A stretch of DNA of 64,000 nt, taken from IMG/VR virus record IMGVR_UViG_2831345111_000005; one strand, 5' to 3'. Made by a program: the position numbers and the translations under genes. The DNA is from an uncultured virus (IMG/VR IMGVR_UViG_2831345111_000005). Lineage: Duplodnaviria > Heunggongvirae > Uroviricota > Caudoviricetes. Positions 38,286 to 48,781 of this stretch are shown in pieces; the stretch's first letter is position 1; every line of letters starts with the position of its first letter. The notes beneath the pieces are model-generated. The model searched no databases, was not told the DNA's origin, and saw only the letters and a list, made by a program, of their open reading frames with translations.

Positions 38286-39752
38286 ATGGCCACCCCGGAT
38301 TCTCAATCAACCTCCAAGGCAGCACGTTCGACCGTAAAAACCCCAAAGCCACGCAAGACCTCCGCAGCGCCGGCCCCCGTACCGCAAAAGCAATACGTGC
38401 TGGACACCAACGTCCTGCTCCACGACCCGACCTCCCTCTACCGCTTCGAAGAGCATGACGTTTACATTCCACTCGTCGTGCTGGAAGAACTCGACCGTCA
38501 CAAGAAGGGCACTGCGGATATCGCGCGAAATGCCCGACAAGTAACGCGCCAGCTCGACACCATCCTGCTGGATGGCTCGATGGAAGAGGGATTCTCTCTC
38601 TCAGGCGCCTCCAATGGCGTTGCAACGGGCAGGCTCTACTTCCGTAGCGCCGAAGACTGCGAGACGGCTGACAAGCTTCCGGCGCTCGAGCAAGATAAGG
38701 CAGATAACCAGATTCTGGCTTGTGCCATGTGCCTGCTCAAGACCCATGGGAACACGGTCCTGGTGACCAAGGATATCAATCTCCGTGTGAAAGCACTGGC
38801 CTGCGACATCCCGGCACAAGACTATCGAAGCGACAAGGTGTTGTCTGACGAGGATGTGCTTCCGCCTGGCTTCATGCGTGTTGACGAAGACTTCTGGACT
38901 ACCTACCAGGATACGGATGCCACCTTCTGGCGCCGGGATGGCCGCCAGTACACGACCATCAACATCAAGCTACCCGTTAATTCCTTTCTGACCGAGGACC
39001 TGGGCAAGGGCCGCACGCGGATTTGGCGCGTCGAAAGCCATACCGCTCACGAATCCATCGTTTACAGCACCCTGGGACCCCTCGATGACCGCGATACGAT
39101 GGTGACGGCACGCAATGACGAACAAGTCATGGCACTCAACCTGTTGCGCGACATGGATGTCGATTGCGTGGCTTTGCTTGGCCAGGCTGGTACAGGTAAG
39201 ACGCTTCTGGCCCTGGCAGCTGGTATGGAGCAGGTGAAGCAGGGTAAATATCAGGGCGTTCTGGTCACCCGGGCGACCGTGCCCATGGGCGAAGACATCG
39301 GCTACGTTCCTGGCACGGAAGAAGAGAAGATGAATGCCTGGCTAGGAGGTTCGCTGCGCGACACCTTCACGGCGCTCGGCATTTCGACCGACCCTCGGCA
39401 AAACAAGCATGGGGTGCCGCCTGCGGCCCTCGTGGAGATGGCCTCCATGAGCTTTATGCGCGGCCGAAGCTTCCAGGGTAAGTACATCATCATCGATGAA
39501 GCCCAAAACCTCACTGTGCGTCAAATGCGCGCATTGCTCACGCGCGTTGGCGAAGGCACGAAGGTCGTGCTTGCCGGTAACTTGAGCCAGGTTGATAGCC
39601 CGTATCTCGACGAAGGCAGTTCTGGCCTTGCCTGGGCAGTGAAATGCTTGCAAGACTGGGAGCATGCCGGACATCTCATCCTGAGCCAGGGTGAACGTAG
39701 TCGCTTGGCCACCTTCATTGAGGAGGTCGCTGACCGCAACGACCAGCACTAA
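38286..39752 (+). CDS. PIN-PhoH (PhoH2-type) protein
   Basis: YVLDTNVLLHDP, DNQIL, TKDINLR; GQAGTGKT, RGRS, IIDEAQN. Confidence 0.92.
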   Translation: MATPDSQSTSKAARSTVKTPKPRKTSAAPAPVPQKQYVLDTNVLLHDPTSLYRFEEHDVYIPLVVLEELDRHKKGTADIARNARQVTRQLDTILLDGSMEEGFSLSGASNGVATGRLYFRSAEDCETADKLPALEQDKADNQILACAMCLLKTHGNTVLVTKDINLRVKALACDIPAQDYRSDKVLSDEDVLPPGFMRVDEDFWTTYQDTDATFWRRDGRQYTTINIKLPVNSFLTEDLGKGRTRIWRVESHTAHESIVYSTLGPLDDRDTMVTARNDEQVMALNLLRDMDVDCVALLGQAGTGKTLLALAAGMEQVKQGKYQGVLVTRATVPMGEDIGYVPGTEEEKMNAWLGGSLRDTFTALGISTDPRQNKHGVPPAALVEMASMSFMRGRSFQGKYIIIDEAQNLTVRQMRALLTRVGEGTKVVLAGNLSQVDSPYLDEGSSGLAWAVKCLQDWEHAGHLILSQGERSRLATFIEEVADRNDQH

Positions 39753-39850
39753 AGTGCAACCGAAACAAAAAGGCGCCCTTGAGGCGCCTTTTTGTCGGCA
39801 AAACTAGCATTAAATGATATACTAGTCCGTTCAAAAAATCAGTTATCTGC

Positions 39851-40465
39851 ATGGACCGTCGTCAGTTCTTACGCATGGGCCTGGGGCTAGGTGCCGGGCT
39901 GCTACTATCGCAACTTCTGCAAAACAATGCGGAAGCGGCGGAGCCTGCGTTTGGATTTGACCTCAAAACCGGGATTCGCACCGTCGACCTTTGGCGCCCT
40001 GAAACCAGGGAGCGACTTCAGCTCAGCTATTTGCAAGATGGGCAGTGGGTCGACAACGCCTATCCGCAGTTGTGCTGGCTGTTGCGGGACTTTCACGCCA
40101 ATGAGGCGGTGCAAATGGACCCAACGCTCATTGCCATTCTGGATTGGACCCAGCACTACCTTGCGCAATTCGGGTATACCGAGCCGCTGCAAATTCTTTC
40201 TGGGTACCGCAGCCGTAGAACAAACGCACATACGGAGGGCGCTGCTCGCAACTCTCAACATCTCTATGGAAAGGCGGTAGACTTCCGCGTGCCCGGCTTG
40301 CCGGCGGGGTACTTGGGAAGGCTAATGGCCTGGTTGTCGCAAGGAGGGGTGGGGATTTATGAGAAGGATGGGTTTGTGCATGTCGATACCGGCCGTATCC
40401 GATTATGGCGCGGGCATCTCGTTTCCCGCCGGTGGCATCAGGATTTGCCGGGTGTAGTGGGATAG
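39851..40465 (+). CDS. YcbK/DUF882 (peptidase M15) protein with Tat signal
   Basis: DRRQFL, LLRD, SGYRS..TN, S.H..GKAVD, FVHVDTG. Confidence 0.88.
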   Translation: MDRRQFLRMGLGLGAGLLLSQLLQNNAEAAEPAFGFDLKTGIRTVDLWRPETRERLQLSYLQDGQWVDNAYPQLCWLLRDFHANEAVQMDPTLIAILDWTQHYLAQFGYTEPLQILSGYRSRRTNAHTEGAARNSQHLYGKAVDFRVPGLPAGYLGRLMAWLSQGGVGIYEKDGFVHVDTGRIRLWRGHLVSRRWHQDLPGVVG

Positions 40466-40467
40466 CG

Positions 40468-40977
40468 ATGCAAGCCTACCTCGCATTCTGGTTCGACGCG
40501 TTGCCTCCGGCTGCACTTGCGCTTGAAGTGCTCATGTTGGTGTTGACGATAGTCTTGGTGCGAAGCTCCATGCACCCCTCGACGTTCGCGCTCGTCTCCT
40601 GGGTGGGCACGGTGACGCATGAGGCTAGCCACGGGATTGTGGGCCTTGTGCTGGGCGCCAAGCCCTGTGAACTGTCCCTGTTCCCCAAGCAGAATGCGGA
40701 TGGGAGCTGGACGCTGGGCTATGTCGCGTTTTCCAACATGCGCTGGTGGAATGCGCCGTTTACTGCCATGGCCCCCATGTTGCTGGCGCCACTGGCCATC
40801 TGGCTCGTGGCGGACTGGGCGTATCCCTTTATCGTAGCGGGCGACACCCTGGGGTCGCTCTGGCGCACCAGCATCTGTTCCATCATCTTTCAGGCCTCCT
40901 GGCCCAGCAAGCAGGATTTCAAGGTGGCTGCCCCCGGTCTTGCGGTGATTATTTTTCTGCTTTGGTTATTCAATTAA
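40468..40977 (+). CDS. M50-like membrane metallopeptidase
   Basis: GTVTHEASH, LGYV, AP, S..D. Confidence 0.65.
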   Translation: MQAYLAFWFDALPPAALALEVLMLVLTIVLVRSSMHPSTFALVSWVGTVTHEASHGIVGLVLGAKPCELSLFPKQNADGSWTLGYVAFSNMRWWNAPFTAMAPMLLAPLAIWLVADWAYPFIVAGDTLGSLWRTSICSIIFQASWPSKQDFKVAAPGLAVIIFLLWLFN

Positions 40978-41022
40978 CGTAAGTTTTGCTATACCGAGAT
41001 TCTATTTTTCGGTTTTCGGTAA

Positions 41023-41283
41023 ATGGCAGTTTCAGGCGGTATACCGCCTCAGAGCAAAGTCGAGGACGCGCGTCATCGCGCCATCCTGCGATATTCCAGA
41101 GATTCTAGCTGGCAGGCGACGTTTGGCGTCGCACTTCTTTATCTGACCAATGAGATTTGTTCGGAGCTACATCCATCTCTGGCTGGGGACTATGTGTTTC
41201 TCGGCATCCTGACGTATTCGGCGGCGGTTTCGCTGTTGATGTCGCTGGATAACTTCCGAAGGATGCTGGCATTGTCCAGATGA
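41023..41283 (+). CDS. Small membrane protein
   Basis: 86 aa, two hydrophobic segments. Confidence 0.5.
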   Translation: MAVSGGIPPQSKVEDARHRAILRYSRDSSWQATFGVALLYLTNEICSELHPSLAGDYVFLGILTYSAAVSLLMSLDNFRRMLALSR

Positions 41284-41355
41284 GACTGTCCCGAGAGCCA
41301 TCAATTTGAATGCTATACAGGCAAAGGACGACCTTTGCGTCAAGAAAGGGCTTTT

Positions 41356-41727
41356 ATGCAGTTAGTCGACTACACCCATCCAGGTAAAGTCCCCGCGCTT
41401 CGGTTGCCGGTGGACCGCCGGGCAGCGCGCTACTACTTGCGCTTGGACGAATTGCCATATGGCCATCCCTATTATTCACGCGAATGGGGTTTATTCCGCT
41501 ATCCAGAATGGCTAGAAGGCGGTTCAGCCTGGTTTCAGGCCAAGGAGATTGCCAATGACCTTTCCGCCCTTGCTGAAGCCGGCAATATGGACGAGCTGCG
41601 CCCGGTAGTTGGCAGCGCCGACCCTGCATTTGATGAAGCCTTGGCTCAAGCGTTGAAACTCAGGGGATTCCGGCCAATGGTGGCTGACGTGCTTCCCCGC
41701 GAATATCTAAACCGTAGCAAGGAGTAA
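41356..41727 (+). CDS. Hypothetical protein
   Basis: ORF coupled to 41730. Confidence 0.6.
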   Translation: MQLVDYTHPGKVPALRLPVDRRAARYYLRLDELPYGHPYYSREWGLFRYPEWLEGGSAWFQAKEIANDLSALAEAGNMDELRPVVGSADPAFDEALAQALKLRGFRPMVADVLPREYLNRSKE

Positions 41728-41729
41728 TC

Positions 41730-43028
41730 ATGGCTCTCGAACAACCGATGGACGCTTCAATCCTCGAGGAGAAGCGGCGCGCAGAACAACGTGACGCGGA
41801 TGAGCGCCGGGCGGCTGAGCAGGAGAACCGCGTAAAGCTGCGAGACTCCGTAGTGCAGCTGCGTGAAGCCGGCGAGCCTTACGCACGGGCTCCGGCAAGC
41901 CCTAACTCGCCTTCATTCAAAATCGGCGATACGCCTGGGTTCCCCTATGTCCCGGATGGCCCGGCAACCCCCGGAAACGGAAACATGTCTCCCAAGGCGT
42001 TTGAAGAATTCAAGCAGGCCTTGATTGAGGCTGGCAAGCGTCCGGATGCTGCATCTCGGGACGTGGCCACCCAGAAGGCGGCGCATATCGTCGCCAAGGA
42101 TTTTGCAGCGAAACATCATCTATCGGGCCCGGAGGGGGTTAAGGCTGAGGTTTTGCATGCCGCTCGAGCACAGGCCGCCTTTGCCGCCCGCCAGCTGGGT
42201 AAGGAAGTCGGGATGGACCCTGTTTCGTCCTCTGTGGTGGGCTATTCGCTGGAACGCGCGCTTGAGAAGGAAGGATTTCGCGTCATGGCCAACCATGCCA
42301 TCGACAAGGTTGGCAACTACATGCAATCGAGCTCGGCCACGGCCGGGGCCACGGGCATCCGCGCAGAGATGGAGGGGGCGCTATCCAAATCCATGAATTG
42401 GATGGCAGAGCATGGTGTCTCTCGTGAAGCATTGAAAACCGCTGTAACGGAGCATAGTGGCAAGCTGATGGCCATCGCGACGCTCGCGCAGAATCCAGAA
42501 ACGTTTCATCGGGTGGCACAATTGGCCTCCAAATCCGAGGGTGCGCTCGACCTCCTGCATAAAGCTGTTGGGGATAAAGAGCTGCGCCATGCCGTTGGTA
42601 CGCTGACCCTGGCTGCCGGTGAGCAAATCAGCCTGGCCAGCAAGGGCGTGGGCTCGGTCGCCATTTTGGCGGGCTCGGCCATGAAGGGCGACTCAAGCTC
42701 TGAAATCGGCCGTGAGGCGTTCCGCGCGGCGATGTCAGTGGCAGGCGGTGCCGCTGGCGCCGTAGCTGGGGCTGGCTTCCTGTCTGTCGCTGGCGGGGTA
42801 GTGGGCGCCGAGTTAGGGTCCCGGCTTGCCGACAAGATTCTGGATAAATACGACCAGATGACCGGGCATGACGCCTCGCAGCCCACGAAGTCTCATGTCT
42901 CGCATCAGGAACTTGCTGATAGCGCGAAAGTGATAGGGGATAAGGTGAAGTCTGGCGCCCAGCACGCGGTCGGAGATAAGGTCCAATCCCTCGAACGAGA
43001 GTTCTCAATGGGCCGGCAGCAAGGCTAA
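41730..43028 (+). CDS. Hypothetical protein with a glycine-zipper-like segment
   Basis: 432 aa, AAGGAG RBS. Confidence 0.7.
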   Translation: MALEQPMDASILEEKRRAEQRDADERRAAEQENRVKLRDSVVQLREAGEPYARAPASPNSPSFKIGDTPGFPYVPDGPATPGNGNMSPKAFEEFKQALIEAGKRPDAASRDVATQKAAHIVAKDFAAKHHLSGPEGVKAEVLHAARAQAAFAARQLGKEVGMDPVSSSVVGYSLERALEKEGFRVMANHAIDKVGNYMQSSSATAGATGIRAEMEGALSKSMNWMAEHGVSREALKTAVTEHSGKLMAIATLAQNPETFHRVAQLASKSEGALDLLHKAVGDKELRHAVGTLTLAAGEQISLASKGVGSVAILAGSAMKGDSSSEIGREAFRAAMSVAGGAAGAVAGAGFLSVAGGVVGAELGSRLADKILDKYDQMTGHDASQPTKSHVSHQELADSAKVIGDKVKSGAQHAVGDKVQSLEREFSMGRQQG

Positions 43029-43062
43029 GCAACTAGGCCCGCACATCGCGGGCCTTTTCATT

Positions 43063-43812
43063 TCAGCGTACGCCGTACGTTCGAAGGAAGCTCAAGTCCA
43101 GTGTCCAGTTACGTTTGGACAACTCCTCCTGCCTGGCTTGGACCTTGGCCAGCTCAGTTTTGAGCATCTCATCATCCCAGTCATTGAGCCATTTGAGACG
43201 GTCCAGAACCTGCGGCAACAAACCAATCCGCTGGGCGAAACCCAGGTGCTTCGCTTTATGGCATGTAGGGCATAAGGACAAAAGCGCCTTCAGCTTTTGA
43301 ATGCCGGTACGCTCATCGAAGCTCCACGCCTCATGTGCCTCGATATGGGGCTCGCCACGGGAACCACAGGCGACGCAGGTATTTCCGGCAGCCTGATAGC
43401 AGAACTTGCGCAACCGGTCCCATTCCTCATCCGAAAGCATATGCCGCAGATTGGCCTCCCACACAGAGGAGGGCAACATGTCTGGCAGCAGCACTGGCAC
43501 AGGGGGCTCGCCGCGGTACTGCCATTTACGCGGAAGCCATTCCTCAAAGTCGTGCAGGTACGCATCCTTGGGGATGTAATAGCCAAGGCCGATTTTGTAT
43601 TGGCCGCCCGCGCTAATGAACTTGCGTTCATCCCAGTAGGGCACGCAGCAATTGATGATATCCACGCTATCTGGCGTGGCGGTGGCCGGCAAAGTCATTG
43701 CCTGGCGTGAAATCAGTTTTCCGGGAGGCCGGTTGATGTAATCCACAGGCGTTCTCGCTAAAAAATGAACCCCAGCAAAGCTGGGATTCGGTGAGTTAAG
43801 AGTGTTTAGCAC
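43063..43812 (-). CDS. HNH-like nuclease-domain protein
   Basis: W..LR......A...CVACG...EAHE.W...LCPTCH..KH. Confidence 0.7.
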   Translation of the reverse strand: MLNTLNSPNPSFAGVHFLARTPVDYINRPPGKLISRQAMTLPATATPDSVDIINCCVPYWDERKFISAGGQYKIGLGYYIPKDAYLHDFEEWLPRKWQYRGEPPVPVLLPDMLPSSVWEANLRHMLSDEEWDRLRKFCYQAAGNTCVACGSRGEPHIEAHEAWSFDERTGIQKLKALLSLCPTCHKAKHLGFAQRIGLLPQVLDRLKWLNDWDDEMLKTELAKVQARQEELSKRNWTLDLSFLRTYGVR

Positions 43813-43975
43813 AAGGTTCCGAGCCAGGCCGTAAATAAACTGACAAAGGCACGTTGAAATGAACCATCGTTTGACTGACAGCGGGGTGTGAACAGTATCC
43901 GTAACCAGGACACTGAACCTTGGTTTCCTGCCAATGCCGACAATCCCCGCACGTGGCAGGGTACTGTGAAGCCAT
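43796..43975 (-). CDS. Small Cys-rich protein
   Basis: GGAGG RBS; CGDCRHW...GYC. Confidence 0.5.
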   Translation of the reverse strand: MASQYPATCGDCRHWQETKVQCPGYGYCSHPAVSQTMVHFNVPLSVYLRPGSEPCAKHS

Positions 43976-44146
43976 AAATGTTTCCTCCATGAATAAATTT
44001 GACAATCCGTATAGCGTCAAATCATTGAATTGCAAGGTTGACCGTTGGTTGCGTTATATATTATTCTACGCTATACAACTGCGTAGGCACATATTCCCCG
44101 CCGTGCGTAAGCGCGATGGGCACAGTTAATTTATAAGGAGGAAACA

Positions 44147-45622
44147 ATGTCTAATTTGGTGTGGTTTAACAATGTCCCTGACCTCATGTCCAAAGGCCAG
44201 GCTAACCCTATGACCAATACGTTCCCGCTGTACTCTGGCCCGTTTGTCCTTGTGAAGGACGCGCTGGGTGCAGACGGAACTTCAGCAGGCCCCCGTCAGG
44301 ATGTTGAGCTGGTTTCCGGCCGACTCTTTAAGGCGACTCTGGGTTCTGATGAGTATGCGGTTGTGGTGCTTTGCCGAATGATGGATGTCATGGACACAAC
44401 GAGTGGTGCCGTTTCGGCGAAACCCCAGTGGAGTATTTACTGTGGGGATAAGCAGGTATCTGGCGAATTTCGTGCGGATGGTAAGACGCTGGCAAGTCAG
44501 TTGCGCAAGGAAGGCAAGGTAAGCAACAAGGTCGCAAACCTCCTCGAGGCGAGCGATTGGGTTGGCAAGATTCCTGCCATGGCAAGCTGCGGATTTTTCC
44601 GGATGCAGAAGCGTAATGGGTCATACTGCACTCACACGCAAGCAGTGCTGGCCAACACGCCGAAGGAAGAATTCGAGCAGATGGCTACCGAGCTGCAGGG
44701 TTGGCTGGCTGGAGATGACACATCGTTGTCGTCGCCGACTGGTCCGCTCTCGCCTGAGGAGGAAGCGTTCTATGACGCAGCCTTCATTCAGCATGTAATG
44801 CTGGCAGGTGAACGTGGTTCTGGTAAGTCCTACCTGGCTCGTCAGGCAGCTGACAAGTACGACGCGGTGTATCTGGAGATGCAAATGCATCCCTCCATGG
44901 AAGCGTGGGAATTCCGCGCCCATGACCGAGCCTGGAATGGCAAGGTGTACACAGTGTTGGGCAAGTTGGCTGAGGCGGTGTACTGGATTCAGAAGGGGAA
45001 GAAGGTCGTGCTCTGCATGGACGAATTCCTCAACATGAACCCGTTGTACGCAACCACCATCAATACGCCGTTGTCGCTGACCGAGCGGGACACGTACATC
45101 ATCGAAACTGGGCGCATCATCGATTTAGGTGATGGTATCGGCCAGATTGAGACGGTGGAAGTGCCTGCTGACTCGTTCTGGGTTGTCGCTACGAGCAACA
45201 TTGGGGCGCGTTATGGCCTCGATAAGATTGCTCCAAGCGTGCGTGCACGTTTCCAAATCATCTTGATGAACACGAATCCTGAACGGACTAAGACCATCGT
45301 CGAGAAAAACCTCGACAAGTATGGGATGCCGTTCGATTTGTCGGAGATGTTCCGGAAGTTCATCGAGGCGTGTAATCAGGCAGTTGCTGAAAACACGCTG
45401 GATGAGGAAGCCACGACTCGCTTGGCTTGTAATGTTCTGCGCGCTTGTCATATGAAAGCGAAGCGGGACAAGAAAAGTTATTCGACGACACGCCAGTGGC
45501 TCCCGCAAATCAAGAAACAGCTCATGCTGGAAATTGCTCAGGTGGTGAACTTCGAGTTGGGTCCTTTGGACTCCGACCAGGAGGCTCGCTACAAGGCTTT
45601 GGTTGACGGCAGCTTCAAGTAA
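44147..45622 (+). CDS. MoxR/dynein-related AAA+ ATPase with SWIM-like Cys/His N-terminal region
   Basis: GERGSGKS, LCMDE, ATSN, RARF; SC...YCTH. Confidence 0.82.
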   Translation: MSNLVWFNNVPDLMSKGQANPMTNTFPLYSGPFVLVKDALGADGTSAGPRQDVELVSGRLFKATLGSDEYAVVVLCRMMDVMDTTSGAVSAKPQWSIYCGDKQVSGEFRADGKTLASQLRKEGKVSNKVANLLEASDWVGKIPAMASCGFFRMQKRNGSYCTHTQAVLANTPKEEFEQMATELQGWLAGDDTSLSSPTGPLSPEEEAFYDAAFIQHVMLAGERGSGKSYLARQAADKYDAVYLEMQMHPSMEAWEFRAHDRAWNGKVYTVLGKLAEAVYWIQKGKKVVLCMDEFLNMNPLYATTINTPLSLTERDTYIIETGRIIDLGDGIGQIETVEVPADSFWVVATSNIGARYGLDKIAPSVRARFQIILMNTNPERTKTIVEKNLDKYGMPFDLSEMFRKFIEACNQAVAENTLDEEATTRLACNVLRACHMKAKRDKKSYSTTRQWLPQIKKQLMLEIAQVVNFELGPLDSDQEARYKALVDGSFK

Positions 45623-45778
45623 AGCAGTACCGCAGTATCGCAGTAGTTCTCAAGTCTCCCGTGTTTTACGACCGGGAGACTCACTCCCGAACACATCGCG
45701 CGCAAGCGCTTCGTCCGCGAGTTGAAGGGCTACTCCCGATAACTCAGCGATACAACTTTACAAAGAGAGGAATCAATC

Positions 45779-47767
45779 ATGTCAGCAACAGGCTTTTTAT
45801 TGGCAGAATCGCTTTCCGAAGCGTTTCGTAAGCCATACCATCAGGGCGACACCAACATCACGGTGCAGTACCTGATTGAAGGGTTGGCCATCGGCGAATA
45901 CCGGGTAATGCTGAAGCGTGACTTCGATACGGCTTGCTGGATTCCTCCAGTGGGTCGCCGCGGTTCGCATTCGATTTACTACGGTGACCGCATGCTGGAC
46001 CGGCTTATCGACCAGTTCGTTAAGGTGGAGGGGGTTGGTATGCCACCTACCGAAGAATTCGTCGAGCAGGTCAAGGCAGAGATGGCGAAGCCGGCAGCTC
46101 CAGGCACTCCAGTTAAAGGCAGGAAATCACCTGCTCGTCCGCCCCTCACGCGAGTGTTGGATGCACGGGTTGACTGGTTAAAAACCAACTTGTCTAAGGC
46201 GACTTGGGCTAAGCTGGTTGAATGGATGGTTATGGCTGTGGCGTCCTATGGGCGTCATGAGCGTGAACACGCCAGGCAAACCACGCAGGACATGAAGCAG
46301 GTGAATCGGGACCTCGCTGCACTGGAGATTCCGTTTCAGTTGTTCAACCTGTTCGAAGATAGCCGAATCGAGCACTTTTCAAGAGAGTGGCTCAATGCCA
46401 AATTCGATTGGATGGTGTTCGAGGATATCGCTCCGGCCAATAACCCGTACAACATGTACCTTCGCTGCATTCAGCTCGAGGGAGAACGTGATGACGCGGC
46501 GTTGGACGACGAAACCCCTTTCGATAAGGATGGGACGCGGACTATCGGTCACGTCGCAGATTCGGTGATGTCCTATTACCATCGAGCATGCAAATGCACG
46601 ACCTCGGAACAGCTGTATCCTATCATCAAGGAGTTCTTGGAGGAATTCAAGGACGATATGCCGCCGCTGCCGCCCCCTCCGGGTGGGTCTGGTGGTGGAG
46701 GCGCACCTGGCAGTGGCTCCGACCCTGGTAAAGGGAAGGGCGAGGGTAAGCCAGGTGAAGATGAGGAGTCTGCCGGCGGTAAGGGTGAAGGCGAAAGTGA
46801 AGAGGATGAGTACAACGGCGCAGGGGAGCGCGCTGGTGACCTGTCGTTGGCTGCGGAAGCGGCTGACAAGGGTGATGAATTCTTCACTGAGTTTGAGTCT
46901 GGTATCGAAGTTGTCGGTGGCACGGACCCTGAAGGCAAGGCTGCTGATGCGAAAGCAAAGGCGGCGGTTAAAGGGGACCGGACACCGAGCGACAAGGATG
47001 TCGGCAAGTCGCATGGTCAGGGCATTCCTGAATCCATCATTCCTGATGGGGAAGGGGGTCGTGGCAAGGTTGAGCATTTCCTGACATCAAAGGCAGGGGA
47101 GATTGACCCGGCATATCAAAAGCGGGTTGATAACCTGACGGCGATGCTGATGCAGATGTTCAAGTCGCATACGCTACCGGCAGCACTGGAAACACCTGGT
47201 CGGCGCATGTCGGGCCGTCATTTGGCCCATGGTGAAATTCGGCACATCCACAAGCGGGTATTTGGCGGCAAGGGTAAACGGAAGTATTCGGTTATCTATG
47301 ACTGCTCAGGCTCGATGAGTGGACGTCCGGACCGGGAAGGAAAACTGTTCTTGTTGGCAATGAACAATCTGGCAAAACGTGGCTTCCTGGAAGGGTCGCT
47401 CATCTTGTCCGGATTCGTTGGTGGCCGACCGAGCTGGATTTCCTATCCGTTCCCGGTGAAGGATGAAATCATCATGCGCATACACCCGCATCATTCCGCA
47501 GAAGGGCTCCAGACAGCATTGGAGCACAACCTGCCGAAGATACAGGGGATGGATGATGTGTTCGTGTATACCGATGCCAACATCTGTGACACGCCCATCA
47601 ATCGTGGATTGTTTGCAAAACGCCGCGTCTGGCCAGTTGGCCTGTATGTCGGCAAGGAAGAAATGGCTTCCATCATGGAAGAACATTTTCCGCAAAACAT
47701 CATTCGCGACACCATCGAGGAGCTGGTGAAAGTAATGCTGACCCGTAACCGCCGTACTGTGGGGTAA
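45779..47767 (+). CDS. vWA (CobT/NorD-like) partner of the AAA ATPase with HExxH motif
   Basis: HEREH, FNLFEDSRIE, acidic Gly-rich linker, MIDAS DCSGS, YTD. Confidence 0.8.
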   Translation: MSATGFLLAESLSEAFRKPYHQGDTNITVQYLIEGLAIGEYRVMLKRDFDTACWIPPVGRRGSHSIYYGDRMLDRLIDQFVKVEGVGMPPTEEFVEQVKAEMAKPAAPGTPVKGRKSPARPPLTRVLDARVDWLKTNLSKATWAKLVEWMVMAVASYGRHEREHARQTTQDMKQVNRDLAALEIPFQLFNLFEDSRIEHFSREWLNAKFDWMVFEDIAPANNPYNMYLRCIQLEGERDDAALDDETPFDKDGTRTIGHVADSVMSYYHRACKCTTSEQLYPIIKEFLEEFKDDMPPLPPPPGGSGGGGAPGSGSDPGKGKGEGKPGEDEESAGGKGEGESEEDEYNGAGERAGDLSLAAEAADKGDEFFTEFESGIEVVGGTDPEGKAADAKAKAAVKGDRTPSDKDVGKSHGQGIPESIIPDGEGGRGKVEHFLTSKAGEIDPAYQKRVDNLTAMLMQMFKSHTLPAALETPGRRMSGRHLAHGEIRHIHKRVFGGKGKRKYSVIYDCSGSMSGRPDREGKLFLLAMNNLAKRGFLEGSLILSGFVGGRPSWISYPFPVKDEIIMRIHPHHSAEGLQTALEHNLPKIQGMDDVFVYTDANICDTPINRGLFAKRRVWPVGLYVGKEEMASIMEEHFPQNIIRDTIEELVKVMLTRNRRTVG

Positions 47768-47945
47768 TCAAAAGCAGCCGGAGAGCATCCCGGCTGCATG
47801 AGGACAACTAGGAGAAACTCATGATTCGCTAGACCAAGCAGAGCCGCCCCTTCTCGGACGGCTCTGTTGTTTTATGCGCCCAATAAAAAGCCCACGTAAA
47901 AATACGCGGGCTTTTGAGATTTTGAAACTGATAAGGCTGCAGCGC

Positions 47946-48746
47946 TTAGAGCGCTACAACATCACCTGATACACGATTGATGATTCGAACACTGGAGCCG
48001 CTTTTTCGGATTTCTTCCGCATTAAGGCGCGCTGCTTTCAAGCTATCGAAGGACAAGTCCTCCAACCAGCCATCAGCAGTGCCTTCCTCGCAGCGGTAGG
48101 TCTGGTTGAAGCCCAGAATGACAGGCTCAGCCAAGACCTCTTCCACAAGCGCGCTATCCGCGCCAAAGGTACCGATGACAACGCCCTCATCGAGCCGGAT
48201 TGAACCGTCCACGAAGGTGAAGCCGTCATAGCTCACAAGCCCAAACTGCGGACCTGATGGCTTGCCGACTACCTTGTCGCCGATACGGGCCTCAGCCGGA
48301 AGCATTTGCGACGTGACCAGCCCGAGCCTGAATGTGTCTATGGCAATTTCTTGCCAATGCAAACAGACCTGCTCAACCTTCGCGGTCGCAGCAGCACCCC
48401 CCAGCCGTTCCGCCAATCGGAGGAACGGTGCTAGAGAAGCGCCTGCGGCCATACCGCGTTGCAGCAACGGCATCCAGCTAGCCTTGCCCAGGGAAATGTC
48501 TTGCAGCCGAAAGTTTTCGCCTTCGTCCGTAAACTTCACCCCGAACTTGTTGCACCAACTGGAGAAGGCCTGCAGCGGATTGGCAGCTAGGTCTTGCAAC
48601 TTGACCCACACCTGCTCCGCCGGCATCGCCTGCCCCAGCAAATCCTTGCTGGACTGAAACGCTGGACTGTTTCGCGGAACCCGCAACGGCCGGCCAGATG
48701 GGCCTATCACAGTCAACCCCATGGGGGTTTCCATGCTGGATAGCAT
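47946..48746 (-). CDS. Hypothetical protein, possibly rIIB-like
   Basis: Directly downstream of the rIIA-like gene; AGGAGG RBS. Confidence 0.45.
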   Translation of the reverse strand: MLSSMETPMGLTVIGPSGRPLRVPRNSPAFQSSKDLLGQAMPAEQVWVKLQDLAANPLQAFSSWCNKFGVKFTDEGENFRLQDISLGKASWMPLLQRGMAAGASLAPFLRLAERLGGAAATAKVEQVCLHWQEIAIDTFRLGLVTSQMLPAEARIGDKVVGKPSGPQFGLVSYDGFTFVDGSIRLDEGVVIGTFGADSALVEEVLAEPVILGFNQTYRCEEGTADGWLEDLSFDSLKAARLNAEEIRKSGSSVRIINRVSGDVVAL

Positions 48747-48781
48747 GTTTTTCCTCCTTTCTTTGAATTTAAATAACACGG

